Positions 28,444-43,044 of a stretch of DNA of 64,000 nucleotides are shown in pieces (position 1 is the stretch's first letter; every line of letters begins with the position of its first letter). The notes beneath the pieces were generated by a model, which ran no database searches, had not been told where the DNA came from, and saw nothing but the letters and a program-made list of their open reading frames with translations. The stretch is taken from the NCBI RefSeq assembly GCF_009914755.1, contig NC_060932.1. One strand, given 5' to 3'. A program made the position numbers and the translations under genes. This DNA is from the human T2T-CHM13v2.0 reference genome, Homo sapiens.

Positions 28444-28500
28444 ACAAAACTTGATCTGACAAGCTTACTTTCACAGCGCCTGGCATATACGAAGGATATC

Positions 28501-28616
28501 ATAAGTTTAAATAAGTGAATGAATAAATGAATGAAGCCCATATTGTAGATCATTAGATAAAGCAAGATGGACTGAACAAAATTTAAAGGGAACTTGATCC
28601 TGGAAATGATTCAAAT
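28501..28616 (+). repeat. Dispersed direct repeat, copy 1 (partner 30396-30511)
   Basis: Shares gactgaacaaaatttaaagggaacttgatc and flanks with copy 2. Confidence 0.9.
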
Positions 28617-30048
28617 GATCACACTAACTCAGGGAGGATTGGTTCCATAGAGCACATTAGACCAAGCCAGTAGGTGATGAGGCCATGTCTTCAGGTGTGT
28701 AAAGTTAATAATAACAGAAGCAAAGAACCAGTCAGGGGCTAATACAGTTTTGGGTCCTGTTTCTCATTTTAATTTTTAATTACTTGAGAAGGAAAGACAG
28801 AGCTGAATTGCCATTCATCCCTATAACCCCTTTCCATCTTGATCTTTCTGCATCAACAGTTGTCCTGCCAACTCCCTTAGAAATGGTGACAGAGTGACAG
28901 AGGGAGGTAGAACTTTAAGAGTTGGTGATAAACTTTTATACATGTAAAATCAATTTTTGTTGGCATAATCTAAAAGAATGGCTCATCTTTTTGTAATTAA
29001 AAACAGTCATGAGGTTTGAAGCGATGAGTGTTTACACCTGGAGAAGGGTTTTAAACTTTAATGAAGGTCTTTTTTTCTAAATGGCTGAAAGATTTCCTAA
29101 TTATAATGTCACTACAGGAAAAAATACCTTTGCAAAAAGTGACTGTTTAGTGCAATGAAAACATTGCTGGGGAAGGATGCGAGAAATTGTATTTTCTTCC
29201 AATGTGTCCACCGTGGCCCCACTGTGGGACTGAGCAAGTCTCTTCACTTTCCTGATTCAAGTCTCACATGATGAGGCCTTTAGGAGTATAAAGCAATAAC
29301 AAACATTTAGCAAATACTGAGCCCCCTCTCTGAGCCATACATAGTGCTAAACTGTGGATGTGGAGGCTTCTTGTCAAGTATGAAGTTATGTCACTAATAG
29401 AGGTCTCAGGTTGATAGAAAACATAATTTGTCCACTTTTTCTGCGTCACAGATTCTATTATTTTCTCTCAAACAGTCCCCGTATTTTGCAATCTTTTACT
29501 AAACAAAATATATTTATAAATTAAATTTTGTTCCCATTTTTACTTTAGTATTTTACTTATAAAAATACTAACATAAGGGGAACTGTGAACATTTTAAAAA
29601 TCCAGAGAAATATATCTACTAGTGACAAACAACACACTAATAAAAAATCATAAGGTTGTCCACATTAATCAAAAGAAACAATACTATTACTAGTATCCAA
29701 ACTAATAAAAAAACACAACTTTCGGATCTGGATTTTTCCTTACAATTTATTCTATATTCATATGCGTATTCTGTATACATTTTTTAATATCTATGCTAAT
29801 TTAAGAAAAAACTATTTATGTTTTGATTTTCCTTCCATTTTATTTTATAGCATATTTGACATAGTTATAATGCACATGCAATTTTATCTACATTTCAATT
29901 TTAAACATTGTAATAGAATGATTTTCTATATTCCTACATGCTGTTCCTAATTAACATTTGCAATTTCTGCACAACCTTGCAGGATATGCTTGTGGCAGAA
30001 TTTATTTTGCCAGTTCCTTCTTGGTCATGTATTTTGCTCTTTCATTCT

Positions 30049-30380
<332 letters not shown>

Positions 30381-30395
30381 TGAGCATCCCTATGT

Positions 30396-30511
30396 ATGAG
30401 TGTGAATAAGTGAATGAATAAATAAACGAAGCCCATGTTGTAGATTGTTAAATAAAGCAAGACAGACTGAACAAAATTTAAAGGGAACTTGATCATGGAC
30501 ATGACCCAAAT
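30396..30511 (+). repeat. Dispersed direct repeat, copy 2
   Basis: aataagtgaatgaataaat...gaagccca...aagggaacttgatc. Confidence 0.9.
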
Positions 30512-31650
30512 ATATATAGCCTTGTCTTTGATATTATTTTCTTTACACGGAGTTTTAGAAATAGGATTACTGGAACAAATATTGGTATGAATTTTAAAAT
30601 GTAAAATAGTTTTCAAAAATTTGGACAATAATAGTAGCTGTCTCACCTTATATTTATTGTGACTGAGTTCTACGTTTACTTAAAATAAATACATAATAGA
30701 AAGTTAATAATGTTTTAATTTCCTATTTTTTTCAGACACATTTGCTATTTACAGATCTCTGGGCCAGCAGAAGATGACTGAGTTTATACACCAAATCTTG
30801 ATAATTCTTGCCAAGACAAACTACTTGGCATTTTGTTTAGGGATTTTTTTTCAAGGTTAAATCTATTATTCTATTTGGCTTTTTAAACAATTGAAAATAA
30901 GTCCAAGATTCCTCTTAATAATTTCATGACCACCCCATAGGCTCTTACTTGAGAGCCACAGAAATACATTTTCCCACATGATGTAAACCTCTATACACAC
31001 AATACGCTTAAACTAGAAGGAACATCATATACCCCTGTGTTTCATGACATATCGTTTGAAGGTTAAAACACTGAGGCTTAAAATGATGGAATTCCCACTC
31101 ACGTAGGAATTTCCTACATGGTCAAGCTTTACACTGGTCAACGGCAGTCACTCCATTTCCAGGCTTGTTTTGAATACGTCTGGGTATTTTATGGATAGTT
31201 GGGCCTAATAATATAGGATGCACTTATATCTACACTTATGTGTTAAACCCACAAGCTTACTGTTACTGCCATCACCCACCACCCTTCGACTCATACGGAG
31301 GTGGAGCGAGGTGTCTTACCAAATGGCTTATGTCCCACGTCTGCCAGCAGTGGTTGACACACACCATTTGAGCATCATGGATGGGAAGGTCCCCTCAGAT
31401 TCCTGTGGGTCTCTGAGATGCTGAGCTTCCCCCATCCCTGCTTTCCTTAAGACAGCTCTTCTGATGGTGTTTGCACCAGCTTTGCCAGCAACAGCTCAGC
31501 TGCAGATAGAGTCTAATGCCTTGGGTTGTCCCAGCCAGAAGGGAGACAAAGCACTCTTTCTTCTTATGAAGCCAGCCTTGTTTCTGCCAGCCAGAAACAA
31601 GATGTGTCCAGCTGGTCCACTCTCCACCAAGATCTGATCAAGCAATCATT

Positions 31651-31821
31651 CACATATCCCAACTTTGTTGTCATACATAAAGTTTAATTTTATAAATTTA
31701 GGTCTAGATGATTTTTGCGATGTCCCTAAGTGTCACATGTTCACCAACTATTTTGTTATCATATATAAAGTTTAGTTTTATAAATTTAGGTCTAGATGAT
31801 TTTTGCGGTAACCCTAAGTGT
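31651..31821. repeat. Two-copy ~85-bp tandem duplication
   Basis: ttttataaatttaggtctagatgatttttgcg occurs twice with matching flanks. Confidence 0.92.
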
Positions 31822-32060
31822 GTCTTTTTATAAGGAATTTCGATTCCAGGATAAGAGGGATTTTTCTCAGGTTTTCCTGAGTACTTCAATGTTCCACAGA
31901 TCCGTACCCTCTGTTCACATGTATTCCAGCTGTTCCTTCTCTACATGTAGCTAAAATGTGTGTAAGACAATGGATTTCAGAACAAAGAAGCAATAACACT
32001 TTCTCCAAAACCTGTCCATATGTCTTGTAAATGAAAATATTATTGTGAAATAAAATCCTA

Positions 32061-32368
32061 TAATCTTCACTAAAATAGGTAACTTATCTTTTCTCATATT
32101 TCCGTGGGCCAGCAGAAAAAAACTCTAGAGAATTTCTGTTGGTTAGGGTTGTGCCCACTGGCACATAGCTTACTAATCTGTGCTTTGAAAGGCTGTTCCT
32201 GAGTGTAAACCTAAACTTCCCCACTATATAAACGTGTGGAAGTTAATTAGTCTCTGTCCTCTGCCTCCACATCTCTAAATTGGGACGGTTTATTCCTCAG
32301 AGAGTGTGAGAATTAAATAAGTTAATGAAAAGAAAGTGCTTAGCATGGGGGCTGCCTTAAAGCATATT
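32061..32368 (+). repeat. Left arm of inverted duplication (unique DNA plus MIR)
   Basis: Reverse complement of 33262-33566. Confidence 0.95.
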
Positions 32369-33261
32369 GGCCCACACTATGGATGATTTATCCCAAGTCA
32401 TGCATACTACTAGGTTTTGAATATATAAAAGTTAGTTTGGCCCTAGCACTTTTTTTTTGTTTTATTCTTCTTCAAGAGTCTCAGGCAATTTATCTGTTCA
32501 ATGGAAATTTAAAACTTCAAATCCAATTACCTCAAAGATTTGCTGTGAAGATACAGCGAGATAATGCATTTCAAAGTTTTTCACAAGCTATAAAGTTTCA
32601 GCCAAAAATAGTTAATGGAGGAAATAGATCATGGCAAAGAAGGAGGATGAGAACACAAAGGAAGAAGAGAAAGAAAAGGGTCAGAGCTTGGGAGTTTTTT
32701 TAATCCTTTCTTTCCATGGTTAACATCTAAACTTTCTTATCTATTTCACCCTGTTGCCATAGTGAGTTCTGGGTGATTTCCTCACGCTCGTCTTCTAATG
32801 CAGTGTTTCACATCTGCTCTTTAACCCATCTGTTGATTACGATTACCGTTGTTAAGATCGTTGTTATCTCAATGATGACAACTTTCCAATTCCAGCATTT
32901 TTATTTGAAGCGTTTTTGAAATATTTCTGTTCTTTTTTAAAAAATAATATCCTCTACTTATCCTGTGGACTCATTTTTTTTATTTCTTCGAATATTTTAA
33001 AAACAATTATTTTGCCATCTAGATCTGACAATATCACCTGAATTTTATGGGGTACAATTTCGTTCCTTTCTGAATCTGCTGATTTACTGTCTTAGAGTTT
33101 GGGGTTCAATGAAAGGAAAGAGGCATGTGATCTGGGAAGTCGGAAGGACTTTGGGTTGGGAAAGAGGGATGTGTGTATGTTTGTGTGTGTTTCTGTTTAC
33201 ATGTTTAATAAGAAGTTCTGAAAGACAATGATTGCTATTAGCTACTCTTTCATGAGTTTTT

Positions 33262-33566
33262 AATTTACTCTAAGGCAGGCCCCATGCTAAGCACTTTACC
33301 TGCAATAACTTATTTAATTCTCATACTCACTGAGGAATAAACCATCCCAATTTAGAGATGTGGAGGCAGAGGATAGAGAGGCTAATTAACTTCCACACAT
33401 TTATATAGTGGGGAAGTTTAGGTTTACACTGAAGAACAGCCTTCCAAAGCACAGATTAGTAAGCTATGTGCCAGTGGGCACAACCCTAACCAACAGAAAT
33501 TCTCTAGAGTTTTCTCTGCTGGCCCACGGAAATATGAGAAAAGATAAGTTACCTTAGTGAAGATTA
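33262..33566 (-). repeat. Right arm of inverted duplication (MIR plus unique DNA)
   Basis: Reverse complement of 32061-32368. Confidence 0.95.
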
Positions 33567-34093
33567 AGTATGATGAAAATAAAACTACAGAGAGCTATGC
33601 AAATATTCGGATGAATCTGATGCTAATGAGACCTTGCATAAGTGATTGTTGTACTATGGAGTATCTTGATGGTAATAATGATGATAATCTACGTTGGGTA
33701 TCATCTTTGTTTTAGCCATATCTGATTCATAACTTCAGATCCCCAAGTCGCTCACCTCTGTAACCTCTGCTAAGCCAACTACAGATGTATAATTTTTCTT
33801 AATGCCTTTTAGTAACCTAGTTTATCCCCAAACAAATAGATTCATGCCACATAAAACTGAGACTTTTGATGTCTTCACATTATCTATTTTTTTCTGTCTT
33901 AAACCTCTCACCTTGACCTCCAGGAACTTTCTGGAATTTCTTGGTTTCTGGCTTTGTGACTCATTTTTCTGATCACCATTTGACCTCACTTCTCAGACTC
34001 TCAGTGCAACATTTTAGACCTAACCAAAGCTTTCTATCTTCAATCATGATTGCAGTTTATTATTTGGCTTTGCTCCCACTAATGACTGGGTAT

Positions 34094-34518
34094 TAATATA
34101 GTTTGGATATGTGTCCCCACCCAAATCCCATGTCAAATTTTAATCCCTAGTGTTGAAGGTCAGACCTGGTGGGAGGTAATTGGATCATGGGGGTGGGTTT
34201 CTCATGAACAGTTTAGCACCACCTCCCTGGGTACTGTCCTCATGACAGTGAGTGAGTTCTTGTGAGATCTGGTTGTTTAAAAGTGTGTAGCACCCTCCCC
34301 CTCACTCTCTCTCTCTTGTTCCTGCTCCTGCCATGTGAGAAGCCTCACTCATCCTTCGCTTTCCTCCATGATTAGAAGCTTCCTGAGACTTCCTCAAAAG
34401 CAGAAGTCGCTATGCTTCCTGTACAGCCTGCAGAACCATAAGCCAATTAAAGCTCTTTTCTTTTAAATTATTAAGTCTCATGTGTGGCCTTATAACAATG
34501 TAAGAACAGACTTACTCG
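34094..34518 (+). mobile_element. MSTA MaLR solo LTR
   Basis: atatagtttggatatgtgtccccacccaaatc...cagcctgcagaaccataagccaattaaa. Confidence 0.9.
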
Positions 34519-35543
34519 GGGTGAACTATAGGCCAATCTAGCTATGTCTAAAATCTCAGGATTTAAGATTCTTAGGGAAACATATATCACAACCCCCTAT
34601 CTTTCTCAGCATGCTTGTTAGATTGACAGACTTTGTATAAATGTCTGTCAACACAAAGGACTTACTACTGCATGTGTATACTGTGGCGTTGCCATTGGTC
34701 TGGAATGAACTTCCTTGGTTCTATACTTTTCCCAAACTCTTCAGATTTCAAGTCTCAGATCCTGAAGCCCTCAAGTAGACTTAGGCATTCCCCCTTCTTG
34801 GATCTCTCTACACTTGTAAAAAAAGACCTTCATTAGTGCTCAGATTACATTGTGTTAGATTCTGTGATTTTTTTACAGAAAAAGCCAGGTTATTTCATTT
34901 TATTTGTATAAATAACACCTAAAAACAGTGCTGGATGCCTAGTCTATAGATCTCTGTTGAATTACTATGGAATAAATGAATTACTAAATCTAATGCATAA
35001 ATGAATGAAAGTAAATGTCTGTCTCTGAATGTGGCTGTCTATGAAAATTAGTTTATGCATTTGGAAAATGTGGTATTCTCTCCAGAATAAATTAAGCAGA
35101 AAAATTATCCCAATGTACTGTAGAGAGTGTATCCTTTATCCATTAGATCATAATGGATAAGGTGACCTCTAATTTTAAAATGATAGTTTAATAAGTACAA
35201 AATGATATACTTAAGGTTTGCAACATAAAAAATGCCACCATAATCACTGTCTGGACTGTGAAACCACTGAACTAGATTAAGTCTGACATTAACAAAAATT
35301 CTAGCAAGGCATTACCTAGTGGAATCATGAATAAGACCCAGGAACTTCAACTCCTTAACCACCAACAGGATAACACAGGTACCCATAAGATAAAAGCAAG
35401 CCAGAAAAGTATTAATTCTGTTGAGCCAAATTGTTTAAAGAGAAATTTAAAGCATGAAGAGAAGGTGAAAGCAAGAGGGAAGTTTTGATCTTGTGAGAGC
35501 TGGTGGGCAATGTGGTCTAGTGCTCTTGTTCTCCGTTCACTGT

Positions 35544-35961
35544 TGTCTTAGTCTGTGTTGCTATAAAGAAGTACCTGAGGCTGGGTCATTGATAAAGAAA
35601 AGAGGTGTATTTGCTTCATGGTTCTGAAGGCTGCACAAGATGCAGTGGCACTGGTATCTGCATCTGGCGAGGGCCTCAGTCCACTCCCATCCAAGGTGAA
35701 GGAGGAAAGGAAACCAGCATGTTGGGAGATCATATGGTACAAGAGGAAGCAAGGAGCAGGTGCCAGGCTCATTTCAACAACCAGGTCTCACTCACAGGAA
35801 CCAACAGAGGGAGAACTTACTCATTACCTTGAGGATGGAACCAAGTCATTCGTGAGGGATCTGCCTCCAGGACCCAAACACTTCCCGTTAGGTCCTGCCT
35901 CCCACAATGGGGATTACATTTCAACATAAGGTTTGGAGTGACAAATATCTAAACTACGGCA
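35544..35961 (-). mobile_element. MSTB MaLR solo LTR
   Basis: tgtcttagtctgtgttgctataaagaagtacctgagg...caaatatctaaactacggca; TSD actgt / attgt. Confidence 0.9.
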
Positions 35962-35980
35962 ATTGTAAAGAAAAGTAACC

Positions 35981-36359
<379 letters not shown>

Positions 36360-37192
36360 TTATATGGCATTAACCTAAGGCTAATATTTTGGCACTTGTA
36401 TAGCATCTAATGGTCATAGTGCACAATATCATCTGTTATGCTCACTGTACAGATAAGGGATAAGAGGTTCAGAAAGGTTACGTTACATGCTTAGGACCTC
36501 ATAGCTACTAAACGGAATCAGTGCTAACCAGAGAATGTGTTGTTTTTCTGTCACGTTGCCTCCTGGTGTCTGCTTCTGCAGGAAGAATCGTATTGTTTTT
36601 CTCTGTGTGAGCCTGGGTAGTACAATTTGGGTTGGATTTTGCTGTGATTATTTGGTTACACTGATGAAAGGGAATCCCAGGATGTGTGTTATGGATTTGG
36701 CCATCTCCACCAGTCACATGGGTATGTTCCTTCTGCATTCTCACTTGGGATACTGCAGATGTAGATTCCATGTATATCAATCAAGCAATTCATATGTTTA
36801 CCACGAATTGTATTAATAAAGTGTTTTAGTTCTAATAAGGCAATAGAATTATCTGATATTTTCTCACATAAAATCTCTGTGAAATAGAGATATTATCTAT
36901 TTTTAAAAGTCAAGAATATGAGTATATGGGAGTTGAAGTGATTTGTCAGAAATGAATCTACTAACAAACTCCTTCCTTTGTAAATTTACTAAGTTTCTCC
37001 TCTGCTCTTTCTTTAAGGGTGTACAAAGCATTAAACACAATGCCAAACATACAAGCATGAAGACAAAATAATTGAGTAGTTTGCTCTCAAGGAGGATCAC
37101 ATTGTCTTCTATCAGCATTTTAACGAAGCATTTAAGTAGGCTTGAATTTTATCAGCCGAACCATGAGGAGTGTTTCAAATAAGAGGCAGCCC

Positions 37193-37369
37193 TAGGGCCA
37201 GCTCTATCACTAGCGGTCTGTGCAGTCACACAGGGTCCTCGGCTCAGAAGAGCCCTTCTCTTGGCTTAATGTTCTACTGTTGCTGTCTCAAAATTTGTAA
37301 TACTTTTTGAATGAGGGGCCCTGACTTTTCATTTTGCAATGGGCCCTGCAAATTATGTAGCTGGTCTTG
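37193..37369. mobile_element. MER91A-like hAT-Tip100 MITE
   Basis: agggccagct...gtgcagtcacacaggg...ttttcattttgcaatgggccctgcaaattatgtagctggtcttg. Confidence 0.7.
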
Positions 37370-38039
37370 GATATCCTTCAATCTGCTCCTTGAATCCATA
37401 GGGAGGATGAAAGTCAGACAGGCAAGAAGCCAGCAATGCAGGCTCTATAATACCAGAAAGGATTAGGTGGCTAACTGAGAGCCATTTTTGCTCCCTAGTC
37501 CTGAGTAGAGATATCAGTTCTGCATATCCTAAGTTTATTTTGTGTAACTCACATGTTTGACATTTAAGTGCTCCAGGAAAACTTAGCTCGATTAGACAAA
37601 ATCAATTTTCATGATTCTTGCCAACTATTGCAAAAATTATCAGCAAAAAATTGAAAGAACTACATGTTGGCTATAAATTGAATTACGATTCACATGGAAA
37701 CACACACACTGTCGCACACATTTTGTTGAACTATTAAAAATAAGTATCAAACATTATGGAACTTTAGCCTGAAATAGTTAACCATACCTCTTCTAAAAGC
37801 ATTTTTCTAAGTTACCTCATTTTTCTTGTAACCCCTAAGAAACATAATGAAATTCACTGATATTATTTAAAATCTAATTCATATTCAAATATCCCAGTAT
37901 CTTAAAAATGTCCTTTATTTTTAAATTAGGAATCATATAGTATCCACATACTGCATTTGGTTTAAACATTTTTTTTAATCCATGAAAGGTTGTAATACAC
38001 AAATTATAAAAATTAATCTGTAATAATATTAGAAAATTA

Positions 38040-38600
38040 TCACAAATTGCAGCTCTTGTAAGTGACAAATATACCCCTTCTCAAACTGAAAAATGTTAAT
38101 TAAAGGGAAAGAAGGAATACCTACTCTGACTTTTTCAGAAGGAACCGTGGTTCATACCCAGCTGATGAGAGAAGGGTGATTTTTTTTACAGAAGAATGTC
38201 AGTCAATAACTATAGAAAGAACGTTAAACTAAAAATAACAATTTTACAATTATTAGTGAAACAATTCAAGTAAAAATCATTAGCTGATGCTTAAAATGAT
38301 TGCATGTAAGAAAGTTTGGAAAAAAAATATTTACTGTGTGCAAGATTTTCGACTCATCATCACTATTGTTGGGACTACTTAATGCTATGTCCTTCCTAGG
38401 GTGTTGCGTCACCTGGAATATTTCTTTCCTTCAAAAAAAGTTCATTCTTAATCTAATGAGACATTAGTCCTGACCTCTAGCTTATGGGAAATGCAGAGGA
38501 TAGAGGAACAAGTTAAATCACACCATGAGTAAACAATCAGAGGTTAGGAGATTCCATAAATCACTTACCTAGTTACTTAAAAAATACCAGTCATGAAAGA
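38040..38600 (+). mobile_element. Old L1 (L1MC/ME) 3' fragment
   Basis: ttcttaatctaatgagac, gggaaatgcagaggatagaggaacaagttaaa. Confidence 0.5.
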
Positions 38601-41221
38601 AAAGATAGGCGGTTATGTCATAGCTTAAGCATAAAATACTACATTGTATGGCTTTTTTAATCATTTATCATTAGTAAAATATACATTCATATACATAGTA
38701 TGTCTGAATGTGTTTGTTAACATGCTTTAATGACTAAATGAGTAAATAATTAAGGTTTAGTTTACAATAGTCTTTATTACTGAAGAAGGATTCATTTGGG
38801 AACCAAACTAGGATATTTTCCACTATTAGACACTGTGATAAAAATGTACAATTCTGAATTTGCTTGTTGCTTTTGTATTTGCAGAGTTCCTGTAATAATA
38901 ACTAACATTACTTTTATTTTATTATGTGGTGCTTTCACCTTTCCCTTTTTTAAGTTGTAGAATATATCAATTTAAATGTTTTTACCTTAATTAAAGCTGG
39001 GCTTCTGAAAGAACCCAAATGTTCTTGGTGTCAAAGTGCTGGAAAATGTTCATATTCAATAAAGGGTCCTGTAGGCCACACGATGGAAACACTAAGAAGG
39101 AAAAGGAAAAGATTTTTGGTTTCTGAGGCTGAACTGGGGATGAAGGTTGTTTTAGAGAGATTTATTTACTTCAATTTGCTCCTCCTCTTCATCTTTCCAT
39201 TATTTTCATGTTGTTTAGGGAGTGGGAGTAGAGAAGAAATCGTGCAATGAATTGTGAAATACTATCAAGGGCAAAGTTCTTGTCTTTTGAAGTCTTGGTG
39301 AAATCTAAATACTGAAACTAGGCTTAAGATGCCTATTATTTCTTGAAGAAATTGATAAGTCATGGTAGCCACTCACTCCACTGAGATTTTGCAAAGCGGA
39401 TCAGATAAGGTTTTGCAGCTTTCCTTTAGGAACCGGCAGGCAATAGTAAATAAGTAAAGGTTGCTACTTACCATATTTAACGATCCATTCAATGAAATAT
39501 CCTCAAACTTTACTAGATCTGATTATCTGAAAATTGTGAGAAATCAATTTTTGTTCTCATTTCTGTTTTTAAAAGACATGGACTCATCCACATTGCCACA
39601 GTAAAAGGTGGAAATAGTGAAATGAAATATTAATGCATGAAATTAAACTGTTATTGTTTATCTTTTCGGCCTCCATCCCACCATTCTTAGACAATCACAT
39701 TAAAAAATAGTAATAAGGCACAAGTTAAACAAGCAGGAATGTTCTGGTCCCCTTTGCATGTATTGATGGTGCTCAGAGATGATTATGATTATTACAAACC
39801 ATTAGAAGAAGAACTTGTTGAAACTTGCTCACTTTTAATGAGATAGTTCAGGATAATACACACACAAACACACACACACACACACGTATATTCCAAAAGA
39901 AATGACAGCAAAATATTTGGAATTATATCACCCAATTGACTGAGGTGGAAAGACCCCCATCTCCTTAGGTTTTGCAGCGGCACTTTCTTCCAGAGGGAGT
40001 ATGAGTCCTGTGCTATCTCATTGGACTGCCTGTAGAAGAGATCCAACTTTAGTCCAGAGCCAATCATACAGATGAACGAAGGAAGCGATTGAGAAGATAT
40101 TTCACTCTGGTACAGTTGGATTCTGACTCAAATACAGCACTTAGTTTAATTTTCAGTATCAAAGTCACTATGATTTTGAAAGTCTATGTTTGCTTGTTTT
40201 CTTCTTGACAGCTTTATTGAGATGTCATTGATATACAAAGAACTGCACATACTTAATGTGATCAATTGAATGACTTTGCACATACCCAAACACTCATGTT
40301 ACCATCACCACAATCAAGGTAATCGACATACTGAACATCTCCCAAAGTTTCCTCATGTCCTTTTGTTTTTGTTTATTTTTTGTTTTGTCTTGTTTTCTTT
40401 TTGTGGTAAGAACACTGAACAGGAGATTTAGCCTCTTGACAAATTTTGAAGTGCACAATACTGTACTGTTAACTGTAGGTACTGTGCTGTACCAAAGATC
40501 TCCAGGGCTTATTCATCTAGCATACCTGAAACTTTACACACATTGAGCAGCTACCCATTTTCCCCACCTCCCAGCTCCTGGCAACCAGGAAAATTATTTT
40601 AGGTACCTCGTATAAGGGGAATGATGCAGTGTTTGTCTTTGTGCCTGGCTTATTTCGCTTAGCGTAATGCCTTCCAGGTTCATCCATGTTGTTACAAATC
40701 GCAACATTTCCTTTTTAAGAAGGCTGAATAGTATTTCATGGTACATATATATGTATATATCCATCAAATGTCCATTGACAGATGAACGGTGATATACCAT
40801 GAAATACTATTTTTTATCCATTCTTCTGCAGATGGACATTTATGTGGCTTCCATGTCTTTACAATTGTGAATAGTGCTGCAATGATCATGAAAATACAGA
40901 AATCTCTTCAAATACTGATTTCAGTCTTTTAGACATATACCTAGCAGTGAGATTTCTGGATCACAGGGTGGTTCTATTTTTATTTTTTATTTTTAGTAAT
41001 CTCCATATAGTTTTCCATAGCTGTTACACCATTTTGCATTCTTACCAAATGGGTACCGGGGTTCCAATTATTCCATATCCTCATTAACACTTGATATCTT
41101 TTTTTGTGTTTTGTTTTGTAACAGCCATTCTAACAGGTGTAAAGTGATATCTCATTGTAGTTTTAATTTGCCTTTTCTTGATAATTAATGATGTTGAGCA
41201 CCTGTCGTATACCTGTTGGGC

Positions 41222-41505
41222 TTTTTTTTTTTTTTTTTTTTTTGAGACGGAGTCTCGCTCTGTCGCCCAGGCTGGAGTGCAGTGGCGTGATCTGGGCTCC
41301 CTGCAAGCTCCACCTGTCTCAGCCTCCCGAGTAGCTGGGACTACAGGCACCCACCACCACGCCTGGCTAATTTTTTTGTACCTTTTTAGTAGAGATGGGG
41401 TTTCACTGTGTTAGCCAGGAAGGTCTCCATCTCCTGACCTCGTGATCCGCCTGCCTCGGCCTCCCAAAGTGCTGGGATTCTAGGCGTGAGCCACCGCGCC
41501 TGGAC
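41222..41505 (-). mobile_element. AluY with ~20-bp internal deletion
   Basis: ctgcaagctccacctgtctcagcc lacks the gggttcacgccattct segment; TSD-like ctgttgggctttt / ctattaggcctttt. Confidence 0.95.
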
Positions 41506-41975
41506 TATTAGGCCTTTTTATGTCTTCTTTGGAGAAACATCAGTTTAAGCCTTATTCCCATTTTTTAGTTAGATTATCTTATTTTTATTTTATTATTTTA
41601 TTTTTGCTAGTAAGATGTAGGAGTTTCTTACACATTTTGGAAATTTACCAATTATTAAATATATGATTTGCAAATGTTGGTTTCTATTTCCTAGGTTGCC
41701 TTTTCATTCTGTTGTTTGCTATGCAGACAGTTTTTAGTTTGATGTATTTCTACTTGTATATATATTTTTTTGGTTGCCTGTTCTTTCTGTATAATTCCAA
41801 GAAATCATTGTAAAGACCAATGCCACAAAGCTATTCCTTCTGTTTCTTCTAAGAGTTTTACATTTTCAGGTCTTATGTTTAAGCCTTTTTTTAAATTTTA
41901 ATACAATTTTAGTTGATTTTTCTGTATGCTTTAAGGTACATGTCCAATTTCTTTCTTTTCTTTCTTTTTCTCTCT

Positions 41976-42011
<36 letters not shown>

Positions 42012-42683
42012 AAGTGAATATCCAGTTTTCCCAGCATCATTTGTGGAAGAAACTATCCTTTGCCCTTTGTGTATTCTTGTCATCCATGTCAAAGATAGGT
42101 TGATCTTGTATGTGTGGAGTTGTTTTCTGGCTCTCCACTTTGTTCCATTGGTCTATATGCCTGTCTTTATGCCAGTACCATAATATCTTAATCAATGTAG
42201 CTCTTAATGTATTTTGAAGTAAGAAGTGTGATTTTTCCATATTTATTCTTCTTTCTCAAGATTGCTTAGGCTATCTGGGATCTTTTATATTTTCATATAA
42301 ATTTTAGGATTGTCTTTTCTATTTTCATAAAACAAATGTCATTGGGATTTTGATGGGGATAGTGTTGAATCTGACGATCACTTTGCATAGTATGAACATT
42401 TTTACAATATATGAGTCTTCCAATCTATGAACACAAAAGTTATTTCTATTTATTTATGTCTCCTTTAATTTCCTTAATGTTTTGTAGTGTTCAGTGTACA
42501 AGTCTTTCATGTCTTATGTTTATTTCTAGATATTATTTTATTGATGATATTGTAAATGGGATTGTTTTCTTAATTTTCTTTTCTGGATGCTTTGTTGTTA
42601 ATGTATAGAAACACAATTGATTTTTGTATGTGGATTTTGTATTCTGTAACTTTACTGAATTCATTTCTTAATTCTAGTGAGTG

Positions 42684-43044
42684 GTGTGTGTGTGTCTGTG
42701 TGTGTGTGTGTTTGAGACATGGTTTCCCTCTGTCACCCAGGCTGGAGTGCACTGGTGCTATCATGGCTCACCGCAGCCTCCACCTCCCAGGCTCAAGCAA
42801 TCCTCCCATCCCAGCCTTTTGAGTAACTGTAACTGAGACTACAGGGACATGCCACCATACCCAGCTATTTTTTTGTAGAAAAATAGCTTTTTTGTAGAAA
42901 AGCTTTTGTAGAAAAAGACCTTTTTTGTAGAAAAGAGGTCTTACTATGTTGCCTGGGCTGGTCTCAAACTCCTGGCCTAAAGTATCCTCCAATCTTGGCC
43001 TCCCAAAATGCTGGGATTGCAGGCATGAGCCACCACTCCCAGCC
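42684..43044 (-). mobile_element. AluJ with (TG)n tail and expanded linker
   Basis: atcatggctcaccgcagcctc, gctcaagcaatcctccca diagnostics. Confidence 0.9.

Noticed and set aside
30720-30860. Acceptor-like ttttttcag with a possible exon
   Set aside because: No convincing donor site or reading frame; cannot be supported without RNA data.
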